Of a DNA stretch of 64,000 nt, positions 10,639 through 20,500 are shown one piece after another; the stretch's first letter is position 1, and each line of letters opens with the position of its first letter. The notes under the pieces were generated by a model that saw only the letters and a program-made list of their open reading frames with translations, was not told where the DNA came from and searched no databases. The DNA is from Rhodanobacteraceae bacterium (GTDB taxonomy: Bacteria > Pseudomonadota > Gammaproteobacteria > Xanthomonadales > Rhodanobacteraceae). The position numbers and the translations under genes are program-made. The DNA lies in contig DAIOUL010000001.1 in assembly GCA_036759545.1 (NCBI GenBank), positions 5,983 through 69,982 of the forward strand, given 5' to 3'.

Positions 10639-12042
10639 GTGGTGTTCAGGCTGTTGAGACAACGAGCCTTGCGCTGGCAGTTGCTGCTTGCCGGTTGCGA
10701 ATTCCTGTTGCTGTTTGCCTGCGTTTTCTTCGCGGTGCACCTGCGCTTCTGGAACGATCCTGGATATCAGGTCGCTTTTGGCCACGCTCTGCGTCTGCGT
10801 GCCTTGCTGGTTGCGCTGATGATCGTGCTCGGCATGGCTGCGCTCGGGCTTTATCAGAATCAATTGCGCGCCAATTGGCGTGGGCTGCTGGTCCGCCAGG
10901 CGCTGGGTTTCGCGATGGGCGGCGTTTCGCTGCTGATCCTCTACTACGGCATTCCGGCAACCTACATCGGCCGCGGTGTGTTGGGACTTGCGCTGGTTAC
11001 CGGCTTCGTGGCGGTAACGGCATTCCGCATGTTGTTCCTGCAGGTAGTGGATGCCGAGCTGTTCAAGCGCCGCGTGGTGGTGCTGGGCGCGGGCCATCGC
11101 GCTGCGCTGATTTCGCAGCGCATGCGCCGGCGCTCGGATTCGCGCGGGTTCCGCGTGATCGGTTATGTGCCGATGGGCGACGAGCCCATCGCGGTGCCGC
11201 AGAACATGGTGTTGCGCCCGGATCGGCCATTCCGCGAATGGACCCGGCTGATGCAGGTCGACGAGCTGGTGGTCGGGCCGGATGATCGCCGCGGCGGTTT
11301 GCCGATGGCTGAACTGCTGGAATGCAAACAGAGCGGCGTGATCGTCACGGAGCTGGCCGCGTTCTTCGAACGGGAATCCGGGCAGATCAAGATGAGTCTG
11401 GTCAATCCGTCCTGGCTGGTGTTCTCCGATGGATTCGACACCTCACCCGTGCGCCGGCTGACCAAGCGCGCCTTCGACATCGCCGCCGCGCTGCTGGTGC
11501 TGGCAGTGACATGGCCTCTCATGCTGCTGGTGGCGCTGGCGATCCGGATCGAATCGGGCCGGGGCGCGCCGATCTTCTACCGGCAAGACCGGGTCGGCGA
11601 ACACGGCCAGGTATTTCCGCTGATCAAATTCCGCAGCATGCGCACAGATGCCGAACGCGACGGCGTGGCCCGCTGGGCGAGCAAGGATGATGACCGCGTC
11701 ACCCGCGTCGGCCGCTTCATCCGCAAGGGTCGTCTGGACGAGCTTCCGCAATTGTGGAACGTGCTGCACGGAGACATGAGCTTCATCGGGCCTCGTCCCG
11801 AACGGCCGCAGTTCGTGGACGATTTCAATGCCAAGATCCGCTATTACCCGCTGCGCCACTGCGTGAAACCGGGACTCACCGGCTGGGCGCAGTTGCGGTA
11901 CCCATACGGATCATCGGCGGAGGACGCAGAGGAAAAGCTGAAGTTCGACCTGTTCTACGTCAAGAACCACAATCTGCTGTTCGATCTGATGATCCTGATC
12001 CAGACGGTCGAGGTGGTGCTGTTCCGGCGCGGCGCGCGCTGA
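10639..12042 (+). CDS. exopolysaccharide polyprenyl glycosylphosphotransferase (bacterial sugar transferase; EpsB/WbaP-like priming enzyme)
   Basis: The C-terminal domain reads FDIAAALLVLAVTWPLMLLVALAIRIESGRGAPIFYRQDRVGEHGQVFPLIKFRSMRTDAE ... LDELPQLWNVLHGDMSFIGPRPERP ... KPGLTGWAQL. Several N-terminal TM helices are present. The track ORF starts at 10432, but family members begin just before the first TM, so I chose GTG at 10639 (GGGAG lies 5 nt upstream). The start is uncertain. Confidence 0.8.
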   Translation: MVFRLLRQRALRWQLLLAGCEFLLLFACVFFAVHLRFWNDPGYQVAFGHALRLRALLVALMIVLGMAALGLYQNQLRANWRGLLVRQALGFAMGGVSLLILYYGIPATYIGRGVLGLALVTGFVAVTAFRMLFLQVVDAELFKRRVVVLGAGHRAALISQRMRRRSDSRGFRVIGYVPMGDEPIAVPQNMVLRPDRPFREWTRLMQVDELVVGPDDRRGGLPMAELLECKQSGVIVTELAAFFERESGQIKMSLVNPSWLVFSDGFDTSPVRRLTKRAFDIAAALLVLAVTWPLMLLVALAIRIESGRGAPIFYRQDRVGEHGQVFPLIKFRSMRTDAERDGVARWASKDDDRVTRVGRFIRKGRLDELPQLWNVLHGDMSFIGPRPERPQFVDDFNAKIRYYPLRHCVKPGLTGWAQLRYPYGSSAEDAEEKLKFDLFYVKNHNLLFDLMILIQTVEVVLFRRGAR

Positions 12043-12058
12043 GGCGCCGGGTCGTTGC

Positions 12059-12487
12059 TCATTGCGCGATCGTTCCCCACCCCCAAAGCGCCCACGCCAG
12101 CGCCAGCAGTATCAGCAGCGCCAGCAGCACGCGTTTGCGCAGCGACTTCGGCTCCGGAGCAGTGGACACCGGCTCGCGGCGCAGATTGGACAGGCTCACT
12201 GCGGAATGCCCGCTGGGCGGAGTGGCAACGCTGTTGCGGCGAGCTCCGGCAGGATCCGCGCCCGGAAGCCGCCCGAAACGACGCTCGAACGCGATGGCGG
12301 CGCCGTAGAGGGTATTGAGATGCTGGATGGACTCGGACGTGCTACCGGCAGCCGAGGCGCAGTTGCGATCAGGATGCAGCAATGCGACGCGTCGGCGATA
12401 GGCCTGCTTCAACTGGTCCAGGCTGCAGCGTTCCGGCGACAGTCCGAGCTCCTGATAAAGAGCGAGAAAATCGATGTCGTTGGACAT
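12059..12487 (-). CDS. J-domain (DnaJ-like) protein with C-terminal membrane anchor
   Basis: ATG at 12487. The J-domain reads DFLALYQELGLSPERCSLDQLKQAYRRRVALLHPDRN and includes the HPD tripeptide. The C-terminus has one hydrophobic helix, RKRVLLALLILLALAWALWGWG. Confidence 0.75.
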   Translation of the reverse strand: MSNDIDFLALYQELGLSPERCSLDQLKQAYRRRVALLHPDRNCASAAGSTSESIQHLNTLYGAAIAFERRFGRLPGADPAGARRNSVATPPSGHSAVSLSNLRREPVSTAPEPKSLRKRVLLALLILLALAWALWGWGTIAQ

Positions 12488-12580
12488 GAGCCAGTTCCCC
12501 CTCCGGGTGACATATTAACCCCTGCCAGGCATCCGCGCTGATGGCGTCGGAACGCCCCGTCCTGCAGACAAATTCCTTCA

Positions 12581-13402
12581 CTAGCGCCCTGACATCGCCG
12601 CCCGGCTGAAGACAAAGCCGCGGTACTTTTCCACAGTGCAATCGGGATGGAAAGGGATATCGCAGCGGCGGTCCGGTTGATCCCAGTGATCGCGCGTTTC
12701 ATAACCCCGCCGCTTCAGTTCGTCCATGAATTCGCCCATGGCCTGGATGCGGTAGGCGCAATAGTGCGTTCCCATGTTCTGTACCGTGAAGAAAGACTTC
12801 TGGGGGTGCAGCGGCAATACGTTGACGAGGATATGTCGCGGAGGTACAGCCAAACGATCGAGCAATTCAATCAAAGTGTAGTCGAGATATTGCAGCGAGC
12901 CGGACGCGAACAGCACATCCTGTGCATTTGCATCTTCGCGTTTTTCGGTGAAGCCGATTTGGTGCTCTGCATCGTGATCGCGAGCCCACGCGGCCCCGGC
13001 GGCGACAATCATCGGCAGTTCGCAGACGGTCCAGCGCAGTTCGGAGGGGTAATCCAGGTAGCGCCGGAAAGCGTAGTACTTGATGCCGATATGGCCGCCC
13101 AGATCAAACACCGATCGTGCGCCCTCCCGGAACAATCGTTCCAGCCAGAAAAGCGCGGGGTAGTCGCAGGCCAGGATGTAGCGGGTCCTGGCGGCATACA
13201 GCGCCGCGCCTTCGGCATTGTCGTAACCCACCGGCCGCGTGGTTGGCGCGTGCGCCAGGGCGGCAGCGAAAGTGGGGAACACCCCATAGTACGCGTTGAA
13301 ATCATTCCCGTGATGCGCAAACCGGCGCCGATACGACCGCTCCAGGATGCCTCTCAGTCCGGGCAGCATGCGGGCTTGATGATAAATGGCCTTGAGCGAC
13401 AT
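12581..13402 (-). CDS. putative SAM-dependent methyltransferase (TIGR04325/LIC12133-like family seen in O-antigen loci)
   Basis: The ORF 12581..13540 was trimmed to the internal ATG at 13402 (MSLKAIYHQARMLPG...). Supporting motifs are YYGVFPTFAAALAH, VFDLGGHIGIKYY (motif-I-like) and LFASGSLQYLDY. The family call comes from motif memory only. Confidence 0.55.
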   Translation of the reverse strand: MSLKAIYHQARMLPGLRGILERSYRRRFAHHGNDFNAYYGVFPTFAAALAHAPTTRPVGYDNAEGAALYAARTRYILACDYPALFWLERLFREGARSVFDLGGHIGIKYYAFRRYLDYPSELRWTVCELPMIVAAGAAWARDHDAEHQIGFTEKREDANAQDVLFASGSLQYLDYTLIELLDRLAVPPRHILVNVLPLHPQKSFFTVQNMGTHYCAYRIQAMGEFMDELKRRGYETRDHWDQPDRRCDIPFHPDCTVEKYRGFVFSRAAMSGR

Positions 13403-13538
13403 TCCGGCCCCTCGAATACCAGAATCAGGCGGCTCGCCAGAAGTCCGGGATTCTCCCACCTTTGAACGGCTTGTTGGCCGGCGGAACGGGTGAGAAGATG
13501 GAGGTCCGCTTGGGTACGGATGATGCTTCAGGTTCGCC
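13403..13538. promoter_or_regulatory. divergent promoter region (methyltransferase <-> cupin/NRPS operon)
   Basis: A 136-nt gap lies between divergently oriented starts at 13402 (-) and 13539 (+). This is inferred from gene arrangement only. Confidence 0.3.
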
Positions 13539-14465
13539 ATGGGGGAGATAGCCGCTCGCTGGATCGATGTCGACTGGTCGTCGTTCGATCCTTGGCGCGT
13601 GCAGGGGCCCTTGCGGCACCGGCTGATGGAACACCCGCTGCTGCAATGGGATCAATTGCTGGAGCTGGGCAAACGCCTGGATCCGCTCGGGCAATTCCGC
13701 ACGCACAGCAATCAGGCTCAGGCAGGGACGCCTTTCAACGATGCGCCGCGGATGTTTCGCAACCGCAAGTCTGCGGTGGAGACCATCGAAAGCCTCTCCG
13801 ATGCGAATGCCTGGATGTCGCTCCTGAACGTGCAAACCGACCCGCTATACCGGACTTTGGTCGACGAGGTTCTGGATCAGATCAAGCCCGGGATGGATCG
13901 GGTCGATCCGGGCATGTGCTACCGCGCCGGCTGGATCTTCATGGCTTCGCCGCACACCATCACGCCTTTCCATTTCGATACCGAGCACAGCTTCATCGTG
14001 CAACTCGAAGGACACAAGACCCTGTATGTGTGGGATCCACAGGATCTGGAAGCCGCCAGCGAGCACGCGCGCGACCGTTTCCACGCCTATCACGACCGCA
14101 AGCTGCTGATCTGGCGGGAGGAGCTGCGCCAGCGCGCGCATGTGTTCCGGCTCGAACCCGGTGTCGGCGCCTACATGCCCTGCACCAGTCCGCACCTGGT
14201 GGAAAACGACGACGAACGTTCGTTGACCATGAGTTTTACCTTCTATACCGATTCCACGCGCCGCAGCCGCGCCTTGCACAAGCTGCACGCAGCGCTGCGC
14301 AATCTCGGCATCACGCCCCCCGCTGTGGGGGAGAATCGGCTGCTCGATGCGGTCGGACACGCCCTTTACCGGTGCAAAGACGCCTCGGAATTGACGCTGC
14401 GCCGGCTCACCGGGCGCAAGACGCATCCCGAAAACGCTCCCCACGCTTTCGCCGATGCGATCTGA
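13539..14465 (+). CDS. JmjC/cupin_8-like Fe(II)/2OG oxygenase (aspartyl/asparaginyl beta-hydroxylase-like)
   Basis: ATG at 13539. The double-stranded beta-helix core reads WIFMASPHTITPFHFDTEHSFIVQLEGHKTLYVW (H-x-D), with a distal His in AYMPCTSPHLVEN. It is the first gene in the same orientation as the NRPS/PKS genes. Confidence 0.6.
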   Translation: MGEIAARWIDVDWSSFDPWRVQGPLRHRLMEHPLLQWDQLLELGKRLDPLGQFRTHSNQAQAGTPFNDAPRMFRNRKSAVETIESLSDANAWMSLLNVQTDPLYRTLVDEVLDQIKPGMDRVDPGMCYRAGWIFMASPHTITPFHFDTEHSFIVQLEGHKTLYVWDPQDLEAASEHARDRFHAYHDRKLLIWREELRQRAHVFRLEPGVGAYMPCTSPHLVENDDERSLTMSFTFYTDSTRRSRALHKLHAALRNLGITPPAVGENRLLDAVGHALYRCKDASELTLRRLTGRKTHPENAPHAFADAI

Positions 14466-14558
14466 CGGGCTCGACGGGGTAGCGGTCGAAACAGTCGTTG
14501 TCGAGGCACCTGGCCCCTAGTTTGCTTACTTTCAGTCTCGCCGGTACGTTCATCGAAT

Positions 14559-17500
14559 ATGAGGACCGAAGAATCGCCCCGGCGCGGCAACGCGGGTGTT
14601 CCCGCGCTGCCCGTGTCAGATCCCACGCTCCACGCTTGTGTGGAGCGGCAGGCGCGGCGCGCGCCGGATGCCGTGGCGGTCAAATGCGGCGCGGAATCGT
14701 TCACCTACCGCGAGCTCAACGCCCGTGCCAACCGGCTGGCCCATAAATTGCGCTCGCTCGGCGCAGGTCCGGATTCGCTCGTGGGGATCGGGTTGGAGCG
14801 GTCGCCCGGTATGGTGGTCGGGCTGCTGGCGATCCTGAAATCGGGCGCAGCGTACCTGCCTCTGGACCTCGCCTATCCGCGCGAACGTCTGGAGTTCATG
14901 CTGGCCGACGCGGGCGTCGACATCGTCCTGACTTCACGATCCGGTGCCGAAGCGCTCGGCACCCGCACGGGAACGACGTTGTTGCTGGACGACGAGCAGA
15001 CCACGGCGGGACAACCGGATTCGGATCCGGCGCCGGTTTCGGCCGCAAGCAATCTGGCTTACGTGATCTACACCTCGGGCTCGACAGGCAAGCCGAAGGG
15101 TTGTCTCGTCACCCACGCGAACGTGGTGAGGCTGTTCGCGCAGACGCAGCCCTGGTTCGGCTTCGGACCCAAAGACATCTGGACTTTTTTTCACTCGCAC
15201 GCTTTCGATTTTTCCGTCTGGGAAATCTGGGGTGCGCTGGTGCACGGCGGGCGGGTGGTGGTAGTGCCGCACGAAGTCACCCGCTCGCCCGACGTCTTCC
15301 ACGCATTACTGGCGAGCGAGGGCGTGACAGTCCTCAATCAGACGCCTTCCGCATTCCGCGCATTGATTCAGGCCGATCTTGCTTCGAGCCTGCCGCCGTC
15401 CGAGTTCTCGTTGCGCTACGTGATTTTTGGAGGGGAGGCGCTTGATCTGCAGATGCTGGCGCCCTGGTTCGAAAAACACGGTGACGAGCGGCCGCGCTTG
15501 ATCAACATGTACGGCATCACCGAAACCACCGTGCACGTCACCTATCGACCACTGTCCCGGGTCGATCTGGATCGCAACGCCGGCAGCGTCATCGGGGTGC
15601 CGATTCCGGACCTCGCCGTGTACCTGCTCGATTCCAATTTGCGTCCAGTGCCGGAGGGCGAGATCGGCGAAATGTTCGTGGCCGGTGGCGGGGTGTCGCG
15701 TGGCTATCTCAACCGGCCGGAACTGACAGCGGAACGCTTCATCGACTGGAGCGCTCCCGATGGAGTCATCCGCAAGTTGTATCGGACAGGCGATCTCGCG
15801 CGGCGGCTGCCCGATGGCGATCTGCAATATCTCGGACGTTGCGATCAGCAGATCAAGATACGGGGATTCCGTATCGAAACAGGCGAAATCGAAAGCGCGT
15901 TGCAACGCCATCCCGGTGTGCAAGCCTGCGCCGTGATTGCGCGCGACGACGGACCTGAAGGCGCGCACCGGCTGGTGGCTTATGTGGTGCCGTCGGCGGA
16001 CACGATCTCACCGCCGCAGTTGCGCGAACATCTGGCGGCGAGTCTGCCCGATTACATGCTGCCTTCCGCCTACGTTTTTCTCGATTCACTGCCGCTTACC
16101 GAGAACGGAAAGCTGGACCGCAAGGCTTTGCCCGCTCCCGGACGCGAGCGGCCGGACCTGGCGGTGCCCTTCGACCCGCCGATAGGAGCCGACGAACTTC
16201 GCGTCTGCGGAGTATTCGCGGAGCTGCTGTCGCTGGATCGGGTCGGCCGCAACGACAACTTCTTCGAGCTGGGCGGCAATTCTCTGCTTGCGGCGCGTGC
16301 GGTCACTGCCTTGAACGGAACCGCTGCGAACCTCGCGGTCACTGACATCTTCCGCGCGCCGACTGCGGCCGGCTTGGCGGCGATCATCGCCCGCAGCGCG
16401 GGACACACTGTCGAGCCCTCCCGGCTGGGTGTGGCGAAGCAAGCCGGCGAAGGTGATCCTATCGCGATCATCGCGATGGCCGGCCGCTTTCCCGGCGCAA
16501 AGGATGTCGAGAGCTTCTGGAGGAACCTGTGCGACGGCGTAGAATCCATCACACGCTTCGCACCGGAGCAACTCGATCCTTCCATTCCCGCAGCGCTGCG
16601 CAACGATCCGGCGTACGTGGCCGCACGCGGCGTGATCGAAGGCGTGGAAAACTTCGATGCGGCATTCTTCGGTATCAGCCCGCGCGAAGCGGAATTGATG
16701 GATCCGCAGCAGAGGATCTTCCTCGAATTGTGCTGGGAATGCCTGGAGCGCGGCGGTCACGTCCCCGATGCGCAAAAGGCTCCGGTCGGCATTTTCGCCG
16801 GCATGTACAACGGTACGTACTTCCGCAACCACGTGCAGGCGCATCCGGAGCTGATCGCCAAGCTGGGCGAGTTCCAGGTGATGCTCGGCAACGAGAAGGA
16901 TTACATCGCCACGCGCACCGCGCACAAGCTCAATCTCACCGGGCCGGCGGTCAGCGTGCACACCGCGTGTTCGACCTCGCTCGTGGCGGTTTGCCAAGCC
17001 GTGGAAGCATTGCGCCGCGGCCAATGCCGGATGGCCCTGGCCGGCGGCGCGGCGGTGACGTGTCCGCCGGCGAGCGGTTATCTCCATCAGGAAGGTGCAA
17101 TGTTGTCGCGCGACGGCAGTACGCGCACTTTCGCCGCCGATGCCACCGGCACGGTTTTCAGCGACGGCGCGGCGGTAGTGTTGCTGAAACGCCTCGTCGA
17201 CGCGGAAGCGGATGGTGATCCCATTTATGCAGTGATCCGCGGTTGTGCCGTCAACAATGACGGCGCGGACAAGGCGAGCTTTACCGCACCGAGCGCGCCG
17301 GGCCAGGCCGCGGTGATCGCGATGGCGCTCGATGATGCGGGCGTCGACGCGCGATCGATTTCCTATGTGGAAGCGCACGGCACCGCGACACCGGTCGGCG
17401 ATCCGATCGAGATCGAAGGGCTCACCGCGGCGTTTCGGCGCGATACGCAAGATAGCGGGTATTGCGCGATCGGTTCGGTGAAGAGCAATGTCGGTCATCT

Positions 17501-20500
17501 GGTTACCGCCGCCGGCGCTGCGGGCCTGATCAAGACCGCCTTGGCTCTCTGCGAACGCAAACTGCCGCCAACGCTGCACGCGAAGCCCCTCAGTGCCGCG
17601 ATCGATTTCGCGAATTCCCCGTTCGTCGTCAACGACCGCCTGCGCGAGTGGCGCAGCGAATCCGCGCCGTTGCGCGCGGGCGTCAGCTCGTTCGGCGTCG
17701 GCGGCACCAACGCGCATGTGATCCTGGAAGAAGCACCGGTACGGGAACCTTCGACGCCCGCAGAGGGGCCGCAACTGCTGTTGCTGTCGGCACGCACTTC
17801 AGGCGCATTGAAGGAAGCACGCAAGCGGCTGGCGGCGGAACTCGCGGATCAACCCGGATGCAACTTGGCCGATGTGGCCTGGACCTTGTCCGTGGGCCGC
17901 AAGGCGTTCGCGGAACGCACATTCCTGGTTGCCGCAGAGTGTTCCGAAGCGGCAGCGAAATTGCGGCAAGCTGCTTTGCAGGCGTACACCGCGCAAACAC
18001 GCGAAGTAGTGTGGATGTTTCCGGGCCAGGGCGCCCAGTACGCCGGAATGGGCCGAGCGCTCCATGCCAGTGAACCCGAGTTCCGCGAGGCGCTGGATGC
18101 CTGCGCGGAAATCCTTGCAGGCGAACTCGGCTTCGATCTGCGCGAGCGTCTTTTCTCGGAAGATCCGGACGCACTCGGCGAAACGCGCATCACGCAGCCT
18201 GCCACCTTCGCGATCGAATACGCTCTTGCGCAATTGTGGCTCGCACGCGGCATCCGCCCGGCCGCGCTGATCGGGCACAGCGTCGGTGAGTTCGTCGCGG
18301 CCGTGATCGCGGGCGTGATGGGCCTGGATGACGCTTTGCGACTGGTGGCGCGGCGTGGACAGTTGATGCAGGCCCAGCCGGCGGGCGCGATGCTGTCGGT
18401 GAGGTTGAGCGCCGACAAGCTGGCCGCTCGATTGCCGCCGTCGCTGTCGCTGGCGGCGGAAAACGCGCCGGAGGCCTGCGTGGCGTCCGGTGAAATCGCC
18501 GACATCGAAACGCTGCGGATCGCGTTGGAAGCCGATGGCGTGGCGTGCCGCGCGTTGCGCACCTCTCACGCGTTCCATTCCGCGATGATGGATGCCGTGG
18601 TGGAACCCTTCCGCGCGGAGATGGAACGCGTACCGCTCGCTCCTCCCCGCATACCGATTGCTTCCACCTTGCTGGGCGAATGGCTCGACGAGCGGACGGC
18701 GACTTCGCCTGACTACTGGGCCCGCCATCTGCGAGGGACCGTACGTTTCGCGCGCGCGCTGTCCGTTGCCGCGGAGTTTTCGCCGGATTCCGTCCTGCTC
18801 GAACTGGGGCCGCGCACCACGTTGACGACGCTCGCGCGCATGAATCCGCACGCGCGTTCGCACCTTGCGATCGCGTCGCTCGAAAGCGATGCGCGCGATG
18901 AACGGAGCGTATGGCTTTCCGCAGCCGGACGATTGTGGTGCGCCGGCGCGCCGCTGGATGCCTCGAGCTTCGATCATCGCGAGCGCAAGCGTCGCCTGTG
19001 TTTGCCCACTTATCCGTTCGAGCGCGTGCGTCACTGGGTCGACCCGAGCGTGACGACGCCGGCAGTACAGGTCGCACAGAAATCCGCGGCCTTTGCGGCA
19101 AGCGCTCCGGCGGCTGTTCAGGAGCCGTCGATGACAACAAGTGCTTCCGCCGCGCCGCGCCGCGAGCGCCTCATTGCGCAGATTCTCGCAATGGTCGAAG
19201 ATGTTTCCGGGGAGGATCCGCAGTCGATCGATATCGGCACCAGTTTCGTCGCGCTCGGACTCGATTCGCTGGCGCTGACGCAACTCTCGATGCAGCTATC
19301 CAGGACCTTCGGCGTCAGGATCACTTTCCGTCAGCTGATGGAGGACTTGTCCTCCCCGGAGAAACTGGCCATGAGCATCGACCGCGAACTGCCTCCGGAA
19401 GCGAATCCCGCCGGTTTCGCCGAACAGCCGATGGCGGCTCCGCCGGCCGCGGCGCAAAACGGACTGCTGCAGCAGGTGATCGCGCAGCAGATGATGATCA
19501 TGCAGCAACAACTTGCGATGCTCGGCGGCGCCGGACCGGGCACCTCTGTTTTGCCGACCCATGCGCCGCCGGTCGGTACGAGCGTGCCTGCGGCTGCCGC
19601 ACCTCCGCCGGCGCAGGAAGAGGAAGCCGCGCTGTCGCACACGCGCTATGACGTGAAGAAAGCCTTCGGCGCCATCGCGCGCATACATTCGGGACAGACC
19701 GAACTGACGGAACGTCAGCGTGTGCGTCTCGCCGCTTTCATCGACCGCTACGTTGCGAAAACCCGCAAGTCGAAGGAATACACGGAGCGGCATCGCACCG
19801 TGCTCGCCGATCCGCGCGTCGTCAACGGCTTCCGCCCGCTGCTCAAGGAAGTCGTTTACCAAATCGTGGCCGAACGCTCCAAAGGTTCACGGTTGTGGGA
19901 TCTGGACGGCAACGAATACATCGACGCACTCAACGGCTTCGGCATGAACCTGTTCGGCTGGCAACCCGATTTCGTGCTCGATGCGGTCCGTCGACAGATC
20001 GAACTCGGCTACGAAATCGGCCCGCAGCATCCGCTCGCGGGTGAAGTGGCCGAGCTGGTCTGCGAGATGACGGGGTTCGACCGCGCTGCATTCTGCAATA
20101 CGGGCTCGGAAGCGGTGATGGGCACCGTTCGCGTGGCGCGCACGGTTACTGGGCGCGAAACGCTGGTGATCTTCAGCGGCTCGTATCACGGCATCTTCGA
20201 CGAAGTGATCATGCGCGGCACCAAATCGCTGCGCTCGGTACCGGCGGCGCCCGGCATCCTGCGCAACGCCGCGCAGAACGTGCTCGTGCTCGAATACGGC
20301 ACGGCGGAGTCGCTGGAAATCATTCGGCAGCGCGCGGGCGAAATCGCGGCCGTGCTGGTGGAGCCGGTACAAAGCCGGCGTCCCGACTTCCAGCCGCGCG
20401 AGTTTCTTGCGGAATTGCGCACGATCACCCGCGACGCCGGCGCGGTACTCATTTTCGACGAAGTCGTCACCGGCTTCCGCACGCATCCGCGCGGGGCACA

